Origin: Chlorokybus atmophyticus
Lineage: Eukaryota > Plantae > Mesostigma and Chlorokybus algae
Length of the DNA: 64,000 nucleotides
Direction: 5' to 3'
NCBI GenBank assembly: GCA_009103225.1
Contig: RHPI01003488.1
Coordinates: forward strand, 369,788 to 433,787
Below are positions 12,588-26,000 of the stretch, piece by piece (position 1 is the stretch's first letter; each line of letters starts with the position of its first letter). The position numbers and the translations under genes are program-made. The notes beneath the pieces are model-generated. The model was given only the letters and a program-made list of their open reading frames with translations. It was not told the origin of the DNA and did not search any database.

Positions 12588-15500
12588 TCAGCTCTGCAGT
12601 TTGCGCAACCTGGCCTTGGGTATACCTTCCGGCTTGCCATGCTGCACATTGACTTGTTTAATAATAGCAATAATAGCAAAGACACCTCATCGTATAATAT
12701 CTACACTATATCTACACCACCAAGCGTCCTTTCTCGACACAACAACTCTGATGCTGGCGACGACTCCACGCTGGCTGGACACGTCGGCTCATTGAACTCT
12801 GTGGCCCCGCCGGGACACTCTTGTGCGTCGGTACATTGCCGGAAACAATGCTGCTGTCCCGAAGCCCTGACAGATATACACAATTAGTTGATGGCATCAA
12901 ACCAGATGGCACTAGGCAGCTTTGATTAAACAAGGAATGGCCACTACATCCACTACGAGTGATGACAACAACCACTTCAAGAACAGAAGGAGCAACATCG
13001 ACAACTGTAGTATGAATAGCGATAACCACAACAACAACCACAACCACAACCACAACCACAACCACGATAACAATGCAACTCACCTGCAGAAGCCAGGCAT
13101 TGCAATGGGGAGTGGGTTGCTGTTTCCGCACTCGCAGAAGGTGCCGCGCGGGCAGTTGTCGCAGGGAATGCCCGTCTCGTTGAAGCAGCCCGCGACGCAG
13201 GGCTCCCCCAGCGTGATGACGCCGCTGTTGACCAGCTTCGTCAGCACGTCGTGCTCGGCCGCGTAGTCATGAATAGCCTTCTCACCTGCAGTCTTACTCG
13301 GTCACACACAGATACACATACATGAACAAGAATGCACACACATGCGCATACGCATAAGCATGCGCACACACAGACTCGCACACACACACTCACGCACGCA
13401 TGCACACCTGCGCGGATGCGCACGCAGACATGCATGCACATCCACTTTCCCAATTGCCCACCTGTGACAGGCTCCTCGTCGTTGAAATAGTGGTGGCCGA
13501 TGCCGAAGCCCGGCTGGAAATGGAAGCCGTAAAGCCGCACCGACGCGCACCGCTGCAGCGCCAAAAACACCGCGAAGAACCCGCCCGTTGGCAGCGTCCC
13601 GAGGTTTGACGACACATACCTGCAAAGGGAGGCCAATCATGATGTGAGTGCACGCATGCACACACCACAACTCAAATTTCCACACACGTGCACAAACGAC
13701 CGCATGAGTGAAAAACGAACTGCATGCATGCACACACAGACACACGCGCACACACCTTGAGAAATCAAAATCAAAGGCGTAGTGGCGGGCATCAGGGTTC
13801 TGCTGCTTGTACGCAGCATAGAGTCGGATCCCAGCCTGAGACTGCATCTGCTGTATCGTCACTTCCTTCCCTTCCTGCAATGGTTGTTAATGTTTTTACT
13901 CAGTTCCACACAACACAACATCCGGTCTGCCTATTCTTCACAACATTCACCGCCACAACTTTTTCACCTGAAACCCCGCGTGCTGTGTGTTGACCAGCCT
14001 CATGGTGGTCTTCTTCCCAACATGCGTATCGTACCCTAGCGTTGGGGCGGCATTGAACCTGTGTGGTGAAAGTGTTGTTGAGGGTCAACATCTACTGCGA
14101 CTCGTCAAACACACGGACCGCAATAAAAGCAAACACGTACATACACGCGCATGCAGGCACAATACACACCTTATCACACAGTCGTGCGAGTCTATCTCTT
14201 CGCCCATGTCATACTTCAACAGCACTCCTGATGACCCAACAATCGCGCAGCGGTCAAACAGCTGGCCTGAAACAGCCATCAACCACTCAATCAATGAGTG
14301 CATTGAACACAACATTTTGGCGTGCGTTCGCGCGTGCATGCGTGTATGCGCACGTGTATGCGTGCGTGCAAGCATGCCGCTCTTACTGGCAAAGGCATCC
14401 ACGTCGGGTGAGGCATCATAAAGCTCCTGTGAGACTGTCACGTTCACCGCTCGCCTCTTACCACTCACCTGCGAGGATATAAACTCGTGAGAATTGTAAA
14501 ATGTTGTGTTTTTTGTAATGCGTGCTGAGATTGCAGCTTCTAAGCTCTCACCTTGGGATTGGATGTGTACGTATAATTGAGTCCAGAATTGTTGAGGTAG
14601 TCCAGCCGCAGCTTGTTAACAGTGAAGTAGCCGTTGAAGTCAAGATACAACCCATCGTGCGAGGACACATGAGCTTCCTGCACACAGACAGACTGAATCT
14701 CCACACAGCACGCAGCACAGCGCTACACCAAATTGACGCGTGTACACACATGCGAAGGAGCATATATGCATACGCACTCGCATATAAGCGCGTGTACGCA
14801 CACGCACACCCGCACACAGCTCATTCGTGTGCATACAGGCATGTGCCTGCGCATGCACAGAGGCACACACACATGTGCGCTCGTGCGCATACACAAGCCT
14901 GCGCGCGCGTACAGGAACACGCACGCGCACTCACACACCAACACATCTCTCTCTCTCTCTCTTACCTTGCACGTCTCTCCCCTCCACGCCCTTGCGCACA
15001 CGCACTCCCCCTCCCTACAGAACCCGTGCGGCCTGCACTCCCTCTTCCCACACGTCTCATCATCTCTCGCAGCCACGCGGAAGCCCGGTCTCGCGGTCAC
15101 GCCGCGCTCGGGGTCGAAAGGGAGGGATGGGGAGGGGGAGGAGAAGAAGAGGGAGGCGAGGGTGGACCACCACGAGGAGGAGGAGGAGGACGAGGGGGAG
15201 GGGGAGGGGGAGGAGGACGGAGGAGTGCTGACGGAGAGAGGGTTGGTTATGTCATGGTTACATGAAGGTGACTTGCACAAAGCATGGACAGGATGCTTGT
15301 GCAAGTGAGAAAGAAGGACTGCAGACCTCAAGTCATTGCATGCAGCGTGCATGTGTGCATGCGCGTGTATACTGCATATGCAGTATCAGCGTGAAGCTAC
15401 ACTACACGTACTGAACTCGTACTATACGCTGTAATCTATTGCAATACAGAATGACACATGCACTGCATGCTTCATGCACAAGGTAAACCTTTATTCACAG

Positions 15501-16430
15501 CATGCTCTGCACACCACCCTTAGTCGTGCTGCATGAATGAGTTTGCAGTATCAAGTGCTGCTCCTCGCGCATCACCTTTGCACCACACAGCAACAAAACA
15601 ACAAGTGTACACACACATACTACTATCACACCGTACCTGCTTGTGGCGGCTTCACTCAAACCTTGCGCCGCATTCGATGGCGTGTACGCAGCTTCCAACA
15701 CTGAAGGCGCATCGGCCGCTATCCGCAGTGGTGATGCGGATATTGACGGCCACGTTGTTGTTGTCTTGACCTTTTTGGGTTTGGGTTTGTTGTTTAGCTT
15801 GAGCACTTTGACGAAGCGGCCATTCTTCTTGCGGTAGAGCGAGTAGCGCGTGAGGCCGAGGAGGTCACCGCCCGCCCTCGCAAAATAGTACGGCTTCTTG
15901 CTGCTACTACTTGACAATGATGAAGAAGCAGAAGAACTAGAGGCATCCACATTCCCACTCTTGTGCACACGCTTCTTCGCTTTCTTCACCACCGGCACAG
16001 GTGATATCGGCTCCTGTTGCTGTATTTCGCTCTTCTCCTCCACACCAGCGGGCGATATCGCCGGCACAAGCCCAACATCAACACTCTGTTCAACATCATC
16101 ACCAACATCATCACTAACACCCTCCCCACCACCTTCAATCACATCCCCATTTTCACCCACATCCCCAACATTATCATCCTCTACGAGTGTTCGTCTAGAG
16201 TCCACATCAATATCAGCATTTTCCCCCTTGCCCATGACATCAAGGTCCACATGTTGGGTGCCCGTGTCGGTGTTGGGGTCGAGGATTGCGTCGGCGATAT
16301 CAGCGAGCTCACGTCGTAGTTGGATATCTGTCGCAGTGCGCTCGCCCTGGAACAGTCCCCCCACACTCATGCACAGCACAACAACAAGCAGAGAACCAAA
16401 CGCCACCACGCGACGCCTCACGCCCCTCAT
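12588..16430 (-). CDS. GT29 sialyltransferase-like type II membrane glycosyltransferase with EGF-like and Cys-rich segments
   Basis: Sialylmotif L CAIVGSSGVLLKYDMGEEIDSHDCVIR (~14250), motif S PTGGFFAVFLALQRCASVRLYGF, HHYF and IHDY motifs. N-terminal TM segment VVAFGSLLVVVLCMSV after ATG 16430; EGF-like CGKRECRPHGFCREGECVCARAWRGETCK (~15050-14965). The splice link between the 15.6 kb and 15.3 kb exons was not fully resolved. Confidence 0.85.
13023..13070. repeat. (CACAAC)n microsatellite in a GT29 intron
   Basis: Tandem AACCAC/CACAAC units seen directly. Confidence 0.85.
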
Positions 16431-17509
16431 GGTGAGTTTGTTGGGGTGTGGGTGTGGGGAGTGGTATCGCCTTTTGGCATGTGATTGTTTGTTATCACTG
16501 TCTTGTCATTATGTAGAAGAGGAGGAGGAGGTACAGCATGTGCGCGTGTTGTCTCGCCCACGATGGTCCTGCCATGTCCTCTAGCGTCTATGCAACGCGT
16601 CAGTACGCAACGCGATCCTTGTATTGTGTTCTTTGCTCGCCTGAAAAGCAGACCAGACATGCTTTGAGATGCTTATCATACTCATGCAGCCGCGGAACAA
16701 CTTTGCATCTGCAGCATCATGATACACGACAATCTGTACACCCTTGCAAGCAAGTAGGTAAGCACTGGTCAGATGCAGGACGTTGTTTCTGTGTTGGGAA
16801 GTCAATTGAACAAGTACTAATGAAAGAACTAGTAACGTTGTAGCATTCCCGTCGACATGTGTGAAAATGTGCGACATGTGTGACAAGTAATCACCTGCCT
16901 TGGACTTATAACCAGGGCAAGCAGGAGTACACCACAAGATGATGGATGCATGTGTTTGGATGTGACTGTACGTTGCATACAAACAGTACATAGGTTTGAT
17001 TGTACACCACGAGGTTTCACGGCAGCATACGACCGGCGTGTATGGCTGCAAACGGTGACACGTGAGATACATTGTGCAAACTAATGTACAAATGTCCCAT
17101 TCAAGAATACAGAGTGCAGTTTGAATCCCACCCAGTTCACACAACGCACAGAAGCCAAGCGCAACAGCTTGACAACTAACCACCTCACCTGCCTGTGTCA
17201 ATGCAGCTCCACGCTCCTGGCCGCCGTCACCGATCTGCCCGTCATGCATTCGTAGCTCCTGTTTTCCGGGCAATTACTTTGCTATCATGTACACCGTCAC
17301 AGCAAAGACCTTGACCCTTCCGCCGCCGCCGCCGCCGCCGCCGCTGCCGACTCGCCGATGTCGCTGCGTTACGCCGGTTGGCGGGGGTGGCGTAACCGGC
17401 GGCTGTGGTAACGGTAGGCTAGGTGAGTTCAGCGAAGGTAGGCCGATACGGCATAGGCTACAACTTCTCGTACGGCGTGTCTGCCAGTCGGCGTAAGTGA
17501 CGCGCTTGG

Positions 17510-17518
17510 AAACCCTAA
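17510..17518 (+). promoter_or_regulatory. Possible telo-box (AAACCCTAA) upstream of the GT29 gene
   Basis: Exact AAACCCTAA motif in a GC-rich promoter-like stretch; a single short motif could be chance. Confidence 0.3.
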
Positions 17519-18339
17519 CTGGAGTCACGTGCGGCGAGGGGTGCGACGTGCGCCGACCGTCAACGAAACGCATAGAACATGCCTCGACAGGAACCCAGGT
17601 ACCGCCCCCCGCTTTCATCACAGCCAAACATCTCATCCCATGGCTGTCGTAGGCTGCCAACCGCCTGGTTGATGTCATGTCCACAGAGAGAGAGAGATAG
17701 CATCATAGGCTATCAAGTATCGGTTTATGATAAACTTTACATATCTGCAATACTTGACACTTGATAATTGGAATTTTATTATCAGCTATATGATGCATAA
17801 TGAAATTTTTGCTCTCGACATTAAGCTTATGCTCATGGTCTTGCTGTAATTATCCAATCTCAGTAATATCAATGCGACGAAACAAACAAACATTTGCAAT
17901 CAACAAATGAGTGCCCACATGAGTGCGCATATAATATGAATGCACATGCAAGACAAACGCATGTTTCAGCACAATGCAATCGGTAGTCACGTATGACGAC
18001 AATGCATGTTAACTGACGGGCACATGTTTATGATTATTAATATATGCATGCCTTCTTTTAACATGTGTGCAATTACAGCAAAATGATCAATCATTGTAGG
18101 CAACACGAGATTCAAATTCTTGCAATTTTATATGTACCATATTATCTCATGAAACGGTATTTATAGTTTAATCATTCGTGCTTTAGAAAGGGCTCTTTTA
18201 AATTACTGAGATAATCACCCAATTATGCACTGCCCCTGCGGATACAGCTAGGGCTGCCTGCTGTTACTTTTAGTCGACCATGCCTGCCGCCGTGACACTG
18301 CCTGTCACGCCTATACGGCTAGCAAAAGTCATTCCATGT

Positions 18340-19116
18340 CCATTATTTATGTAAGTAAGAAGAGACTAAGTGCGTTTTTCAGGTCATATGCAAGTGTGGT
18401 GCTTGTGGGGTGGCTCACATGGTCTTCTTTTGAGTCTATGCCATCAATGACGGCTAGCATAGAGCTGGTCAATGCTGAAGGCTATGTGAGCCTGCCTCAT
18501 AATTTTCTTGTGAATAAACTTATTTACTAGTATAAAGGAGGCCTAGTGGAGAGCGAGACATAGTTTGCATATTTTCGCATATGTGTGCATATGTAGTGTG
18601 AGGTATGTGTGTGCATATGTTTGCATGCGTGTGCAAATGTACGCATATGCGCGCATGTGAGGTATGTACAACATGTATGCATGTGTATGCATACATGCGC
18701 ATGTGTGCGTGTGTATATGAGTGCATATGCATGCATGTGCTGATGTCACCAGCCAAGGACGTTCACAACGTTCAAGACTAAGGTGTGATCAGCCTAAGGA
18801 CGTTCACAATGTGCGAGACTAATATGTGAAAGCCCCGAGGCAGAGGTTGAGGTTCGAGGCTGATGCCATTGTGTGTGGCAGCTCAGAGGCATGAATGACG
18901 GTCAACGCAGCCATGACAAGGCAAGAAGCCTTGGGTATGGGTGTTCTAGGTCGGCGAGTAGTATGGAGGAGTATATAAGAGTGTCCCAACAACTTGAAGT
19001 GTTGGGGCAAATGTTGAGGTGCATACTCTACTCTTGTGTGGGGTGCCCAGTTTGGTTGTTTAAGGGGCTCTCCCTCTCATCCCATGTGGGGTGTGATGTC
19101 CATGGCAACTCTGCAC

Positions 19117-19179
<63 letters not shown>

Positions 19180-19260
19180 GCTGAATGGAGAGGTGGGGCG
19201 TCCATATTCTTCTTCTGTAATGCGGTGATGTGACTTCCCTACAAGGTGCTGCATTGAAGG
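18340..19260. repeat. Dispersed repeat, copy 1 (unclassified, with ~33 bp internal subrepeats)
   Basis: Shares blocks with 26750-27520 such as GTAAGTAAGAAGA, GGTCAACGCAGCCATGACAAGGCAAG, TTCTAGGTCGG and CTCTCCCTCTCATCCCA. Boundaries approximate. Confidence 0.8.
19119..19176. repeat. (GT)29 microsatellite
   Basis: Uninterrupted GT run. Confidence 0.95.
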
Positions 19261-19857
19261 TCTTGATAGGGCTTCCATATGTAAGTTTTTGAGGTTGTGC
19301 GTAAGTATGCCAAGCTGACCACCAAGTTTGTGGGTGAGATCGTTCCAGTGCATGTCATGCATTGTACATAACAGCATGAGTATAATATAAAATCCCCCCC
19401 CCCCCNNNNNNNNNNNNNNNCCCCCCCCCCCCCCCTTTCTTTGGAGTGTGCTTGATGGATTGAAGTAGTTACATTACATATGTGATTATTTCTTGTAACC
19501 ACTTGTTGTGAAGTGTTGCTGATATTTCAAGCCCCTCTATGTTTGCATATGATGATCGTTTGAACACAAATGAAATCTTGTGTTGAAGCCTTGTGACAAG
19601 CCTGGATAATCGTAAACTACCCAATATAGGATAGATGCTGATGTGCTACTAGGTTGGGCTGCCAAGCAAATGCGTGCATGCAAACCAAGAACTACCGGTT
19701 GGATGGAGGCTGTACTGTCTTGTACCAAGGGTACGTACGGTACGACTGTGTGGATTGTGCCATTTCGCGGCATCCGTCTCGAAGCGGCCATGCGCACATG
19801 TACAAAACAGGCAGTTGGCACGGCAGGGGTTGTTTGTGCAAGCGGTGGGTGTGGGGC

Positions 19858-21884
19858 ATGCGCGGGAAGGCGGCGACGCAGCCCCGGCAGCAGCAGCGGC
19901 AGAGCAGTGGGGCGGTGGTCTGGCTGGGCATCGCCGCCGTCGCCAGCGTCGCTCTCGTCACGCTCTGCTACTCCCTCCTCGCCGCCCGCAGCCCAACCTC
20001 CGCAGCAGGACTCGAGGCGTCCAGCAGCATGGCGGCCGCGGTGCCGGTGCTGCATTCGGGGTTCAACAAGGCGCAGGCGGCGGTCCTTGCCGTCCTTGCA
20101 CAGGTGAGTCTGTGCGGCCCAGACCCTGCCGCCCAGCCCTCATGCCATTGGCCCCACACTTGGCCTCCTGCACACACAAACAGACAAGAAAGCAACATGC
20201 TGCGGCATGGCGTCACCGGTACTACCAGCAGACTGATGACCTGTCCTTCGCCTCGGAATGATCAAGTGCAGCGGGCAGCATGCATGCTTGCATTGTCGCA
20301 TGCCTCGTCCCGTGACAAGACACGCAATGCCTGTACCATCCGCAATGCCATGCAGAGCGTGATGTGGGTGCGTGTTTGGTTGCAGGATGCGTTTGCTCTG
20401 CATTACCACTGGCAGTACGACCCCTCTCAGATCCCCCGACCCATCCCGCCGCACCTGGCAGACCCAACAGTCAAGTACCACGGAGCCAAAAAGGCAGGAG
20501 ACTTTACACACATCGGTGAGAATCACACACGCAGTAACGCACACACATGCGCAGACACTGGTCATCGTCGTCAATGTGTCATTATCATTGTGTGCTGCAC
20601 AGGCGATGCGATTGTTCTGTCTCTGGAGACCATAGCAGAGAAGAAGACCTTTGACCCCGCAGACTTTGCCAAACGCTTCCAAGCCTTGTTCAGCTCAGGG
20701 TAAGAATGCATGCACCCCCTGGTGTCTGCCAAAGCTTTTGTGCCCCCTACTCACGCACACTTGGGTCGGTTCGTCATCGTTGTGGAACGCTGATGCTTCT
20801 GATGACTGTAAAAGGTCAAATGGCTGCAATGTAATTTGCGGATGTTCTCCCGTCAGCAAAGCTTGCCCTTTCCTGATCGTGCACTTATCTGTGCTGTTTG
20901 TGCCTGACAGGTACAGCGGTTGGTTGACAGGCGCCAACAAGGATGTGCTTGCGGGACTCGCCGAGCACAAGCCGTACGATCAGGTGGGGACCGCACTGAC
21001 TGATAAGTGCTTGCATGTTTGCATGTTGCTTGCGCATGCACACATCTGCAGGCGTGCGTCTGTGTCATCTACATTGCAAAAGCAGTTGTGGTGGCAAGAC
21101 CGACTGGTTGTGTGCAGCTTGGTTCCAACCACGACGACACAGAGGGGACGGGCAAGGGTGCGCCGCTGCTGCTGCTGCCATTAAGTAATGAGTCGTCCCT
21201 TCAGGCTGAGACCAAGAAACTCGCCGGCTTTGTCTACCGACAGGTTTGCATCCCTTGGCATGCGTCCCTGGCGTGGCTATAGTGCGCTCACAACTGGGCC
21301 TGTAGCAGCATGTCATGTGCTATGCTGATTGAACACTGCATGCGCAGCCGGATGTGCTTCTTGGCGCTCAGTACTTCACCACGGCAGCGTATCACCTTCT
21401 CCAAGGCAAGGCCTCTTCACCCGTGGACGCGCTCAAGCAGGTATGCTCGCCTCAACAAATAGGCTGTCGTATTCGAACAACGTACCAACCCAGGCACACG
21501 CGAGTGTTGTGATGAACGTGCACTGAATGGCGGTGTGAGCAGGTGCTGAAGGAGGAACCCTTTGCGAGCAATGACTTCTTGCCTGGCGCGGTGGAGCAGG
21601 GGCTGGCATCTGTGGGTGAGGACACGGCGGCATTCGCGAAGCAGGCGGGTCTGTCGTGCTCCGTCAAGATGGGTCTGCCCATAGCGGTGCACGTCATCGC
21701 CAAGTATGAGAACGACCTTACTGCCGCCATCGAGCAGAACACGGGCGCAGGCGGTGACAGCAGCGCGCGCGGGCTTGCTGTGGCGATGCTCCTGGCTGCG
21801 CATCACGGGCCAGCCGCACTGCCGTCCTACACCACTGAGATTAAGGATTACGAGAAGATTGTTGCCCTGCTCAAGCAAATTTGA
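19858..21884 (+). CDS. ADP-ribosylglycohydrolase family protein (HWxYD, crystallin-J1/SelJ-like subgroup) with N-terminal signal anchor
   Basis: Exons join in frame: AVLAVLAQ|DAFALHYHWQYD...KYHGAKKAGDFTHIG|DAIVLSLETI...|...IAKYENDLTAAIEQNTGAGGDSSARGLAVAMLLAAHHG...LLKQI*. Hydrophobic segment AVVWLGIAAVASVALVTLCYSLLAA near the N-terminus. Confidence 0.85.
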
Positions 21885-22758
21885 ACGCTGGGACCAAAGT
21901 AGTCAAGCACTGTCACGTGTGGCGTACTTTTGTCAACTGCCGTGTGTTATAAGGTTGTATGGTTGTGTTGAATGTGGAGGTGTGTGGTCCATTGTCAGGC
22001 GGCAGTGCCTGGCAGAATGTGGCTTTCCATATCGCAGCATAGGAAGGTATAGCCTTACCCTGTCACGATGGTCACCAGCTGCGACTTCAAGTGAATGTCT
22101 CGCATGAGCTTATTTATGTTGACAGGCACGGGGATGAGAAAGCAACAATCTGACACATGTATGCAGCCACATATAGTAGCTATGCGCCGGAATTGACAAA
22201 CCCGTGAAGGTAAGCCTCCATTAGTCGGTCACTGAAAATCAGAGGTACGGGATTCATGACAGGAGTGTTGCAATCAACAATTTGGCCAGAATGACTTCGG
22301 TATAAGTGCAAAGATTGTCAACATTGGTTGGGATTGCTGATTTCAAGATGTTGTATCATAGATGATATGTCAATCACGCAATATATGCAAAATCAAGCAT
22401 GTTGGTACTTTGTTTTGTCACCTTATGTCAATAGGCTAGCACACACTTCATCTATGCCATGCGCCTAGGTGGTCATCCCATGAAAAAGCTGTTGACGATG
22501 TTAAGGCAGAGGATGCTGCGCAGTACGTCATACATGTACGACACGTAGTAGTACTGCACGCCGCCGATTGCTATTGGTTGAGCTATGCATAATGGTAGTG
22601 AGGGGGTGGAGCAAGAGATAGAGGGGGAAGCGGGGGACTGTCACACATGGTTTGCTGTTGTGCTCAACTGTGTGGTTGTGGGACGTTGCGAACGCTGATG
22701 CCCGCACGCTGTGCAAATAATATCATTGCATGTTGGCTTGACGAGGTTAAGGGCAGTA

Positions 22759-22804
22759 AAGGTACATAGGTAGTGCCTAGAGCTAGGCACTACCTATGTA
22801 CCTT
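22759..22804. repeat. Perfect inverted repeat: 22 bp arms, 2 nt spacer
   Basis: AAGGTACATAGGTAGTGCCTAG-AG-CTAGGCACTACCTATGTACCTT. Confidence 0.95.
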
Positions 22805-23039
22805 AGGCACACAGCTCTGTGCGCCCGGTGGTTGAATGGTAAACGACTACAAGTGGTTGCATGATGGCTGCTATTTGTTGCGTGCTCCTGGTTACATGCA
22901 CTGCATTGCATACTTTGTACACGTGTACATCAACACTAAACGTACATAAAGACCTAAATGAGATCATGTTCAAACTTTTGAAAGTTAATTGTTGACAGCA
23001 CTACGGTACGTGCTTGATGACACACACGTACCGAAATGC

Positions 23040-26000
23040 CATATACCTAACAATAACGACCATTATTAATATGGATACATTTGCAACAAGAACCGCAATA
23101 TATTAAATAAGAAGAAGTATATATTGTGGGGTGTCAATTTTTGCAGCACACCAAGAGTGATGCGTTGGTGATGACAATACGAGTACTCCCTCAATACCTT
23201 TACCACAACAAGGCTTTGACGGCAGCGGCGGCAGCGTTAAACTTCACCACCGTGGCTGCCGCCGCCGCTACGATACCCAGTTCCAAAGACCAAACAAACC
23301 GTTTGCCTTATGTATGCGGCACACATAAGGCAGCAAGCAATGGTGATTAAGAGTGTTTATAGCCACAAGTAGGTAAGAGCCATATGCATTACGGTATCCT
23401 ACAATGGTTAGCGATACATGAATATAATGCAAGCTCAACATATCCACCATGTTATGTGCACCAACGAACGGGTTGAAATTACGTAGTTGCATTGCAAACC
23501 TTCAAACAAGGTAGCACAAAGCATGCTTATACCAGCACTCGAATAAAGCCTTCGGTTTGCTTGCGCTTCACTTTCATTAGCATTACCTTAATGCTTCCGG
23601 TTATTAAGCGACCTTGTTAAAGCCTAGAACGGATCGGAGCTTGTAGTGAGGAGTTTGTTGGCTTTATAAGCTTTGCTTGGATGACCATCTTGAAGCACAA
23701 ACTGCTAAGGATTTAGATGCGTAATAACAATCTTACTTAACAATTTAACAATCTTATTTAAGCTAGCCCTTTGGTTAAAGCCATGACATGGTTTAATTAT
23801 AATCTCTTCGCATAGACGCAAGAGCGTTTGACGAGGTCTACAAAGGATACTCGAGGAGGCTTGAAAACCGAAATCAAAATTATGTTTTTTGATTTTGACT
23901 TTTTTTGATTGTTTTTTTATTTTAAAGGATTTTAGGGCTCGCTAGCGAAAGAGCTAAACCTAGCCATCGAGAAGCAAATGGATGCACATGTTCAAGTTGC
24001 ATCCTGGCACCAACAACTCGGAGATGATTTAGAGCGTGTAATTTGAAAGTTTTAAATTGAAACCATAAGATCAAGGACATGTACAACTATAACGTGCTCT
24101 TCTGTGGAAGGTCTTGGCAAATCTGCTCAAGTTGCGCCGGTTGGGAAGCAAACCACCTCGCTAAGACATAGGCCTGGGCTTTGATGCTACGATTAACGTG
24201 AAGGCTTTTATAACCCTTAAGATCATCTCATGGTTATAAACATTGTTTATGTTGATAAACGCGGCTACAACTTGGAGCTCTTGTGAGAATTGGCCCCGTT
24301 TAAAGCCATACTTGCGGTGGCCGTCCGCATGCGCAGCGACTACACAAAACCTATACTCATGAAAGGTGCGCAACATAACGTGTGCGAGCGTCGTCACGAT
24401 TCGGATGGCTTAGATGCTGTGCATTTCAGTAAAATGTGCATGGGTGTCGCCATAAGTGTGGTGGGCTTAATGTAGTTGTACATCATGTCATATGATATTG
24501 TTTAAGACTTGAATCGCATTGTAAACTTTAATCATTGATCATTGATTGCCAACAGTGTTAAGGGGATCGTGGGATCGCTGATTGAACTTGCTTAAAACTT
24601 TGTTCTGCTCATACAGCTGTAGTTGTGTTGATTGACTCTTGATGCAAGATATAGCGCAAAACATACTTATACCCGCACCTGTACAAAGCCTTCGTGGGTG
24701 TGTTTGCCCTTCACTTGTATTGCTCCCATGTAGACTATGGCTATAACTAATTTTAGAAACGACTTTAAACCATGTATGCGTAGTAATAAGAACTTGGCGA
24801 CAATGGATGTCAAATGATCGCACTTGAGACCATGCTTCAAACAACATCCGGGGCATTGCTGCTACATGTCACATTGATGAATATAAATGTACTCTACACA
24901 GGTTGACATTTCAATACTTTGTAGAGTTGATGTAGTGCATAACTATCACAAATGGCGTGAAGTTAATGCTACCAGTCATGTTACGACCGTTGTCAAGGTC
25001 GAGAACGTGTTGGAGTGTAACGGGGGCCCTTTTTCTTACCTCCTTGTAATACACTCGGATGGTAAAGGATCCACTGATTCACCTAAACACTTAGTAGCAA
25101 CTTCGTTCACACTCCGAGTGACTTTACTCGGAGAACCCTAGCTTCGAGCTTTGACAATTCTGCCAATGTCCAATTCCGAATCAATTCGCGGCTTCGCATC
25201 ATCCCCGCCAAGACCTATCTGCGAGTCGGCTTCGATTTGCCCAACCCCAACAATTCACCTAGCGACGACGCCAACTTCTATCCTCACAGCGGTGAACTAT
25301 TCACTTCGGCCAAGGACGGCGCGGTGAGGCACCCAGTAATGGGAGAGAAAAGGAGGAGGAGAACTAGTAGTTCTAAACTACCAGCCAACTTGGCTTGTAG
25401 TTCCCCCCAACTTTACAATAGATTGAACGCACTTAACCTAGTCGCGAGGTGGCGTGTTTTGAGCTGGTCGTCAAACCTGCATGACTTTTCATTTACATAA
25501 TACTGCTTGCGGTAGGAGTCGGCGGCTGCTTTGGCCTACGTGCAAGTAGCAAAATTAGCCACTCACTTACGAATTCTTACGATGTTGTAACTGAGTGCTT
25601 TTTACGTGCGTGCCCAGTGGAAGTTAAAGACTTGTGAGTTTTCACAACTTCGCAAAACTAGCCTTACTCGCAGGCTCTCTCGTATAGCCGCGGACTCATA
25701 TGGCCGCAAGGGGACTTTGTAATTCTAACTACTCGGCCCTTACTTAATTAGCATTGATTAATTTACACTTTGAATCAACATAAATTGGTGTTATTTTGCG
25801 CCCTTGGCTTAATTGTTAGTCCCAAATTCTTAGTGATCCTTCGCTAGCTTCTTGCAATTCCGCACCAAGAAAGCTTGCAACAATCGTGTTGGCCAGCTTG
25901 CACACATGAGCTACTTAGATTAAGGTCCTGAAAAAACCTTCTCTATCTACAATACCCAAATTAATGATGCAATTGCGTGCCCCAGCTTCGCGGAGGGAGA

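Noticed and set aside
14640-15308. His/Cys/Thr-rich ORFs, also at 18520-18756, 48402-49152, 53008-53473 and 58000-58860
   Set aside because: Arise from CA/TG-rich intronic or intergenic sequence or antisense frames of real exons.
17274-17684. 136 aa ORF as a gene or TE fragment
   Set aside because: No recognisable motif; more likely the GC-rich promoter/5' UTR region of the GT29 gene.
19858-21884. Selenoprotein J (in-frame UGA)
   Set aside because: No in-frame TGA in the assembled exons; Cys (GLSC) is present instead.
23540-23700. Adenain-like protease remnant (YLNASG...LQRGVCWLY)
   Set aside because: Too weak to call separately; the frame is only continuous if many stops are ignored.
24160-24860. 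Minus-strand Tc1/IS630 or KDZ transposase remnant
   Set aside because: Motif spacing did not fit; the plus-strand frames look more coding-like.
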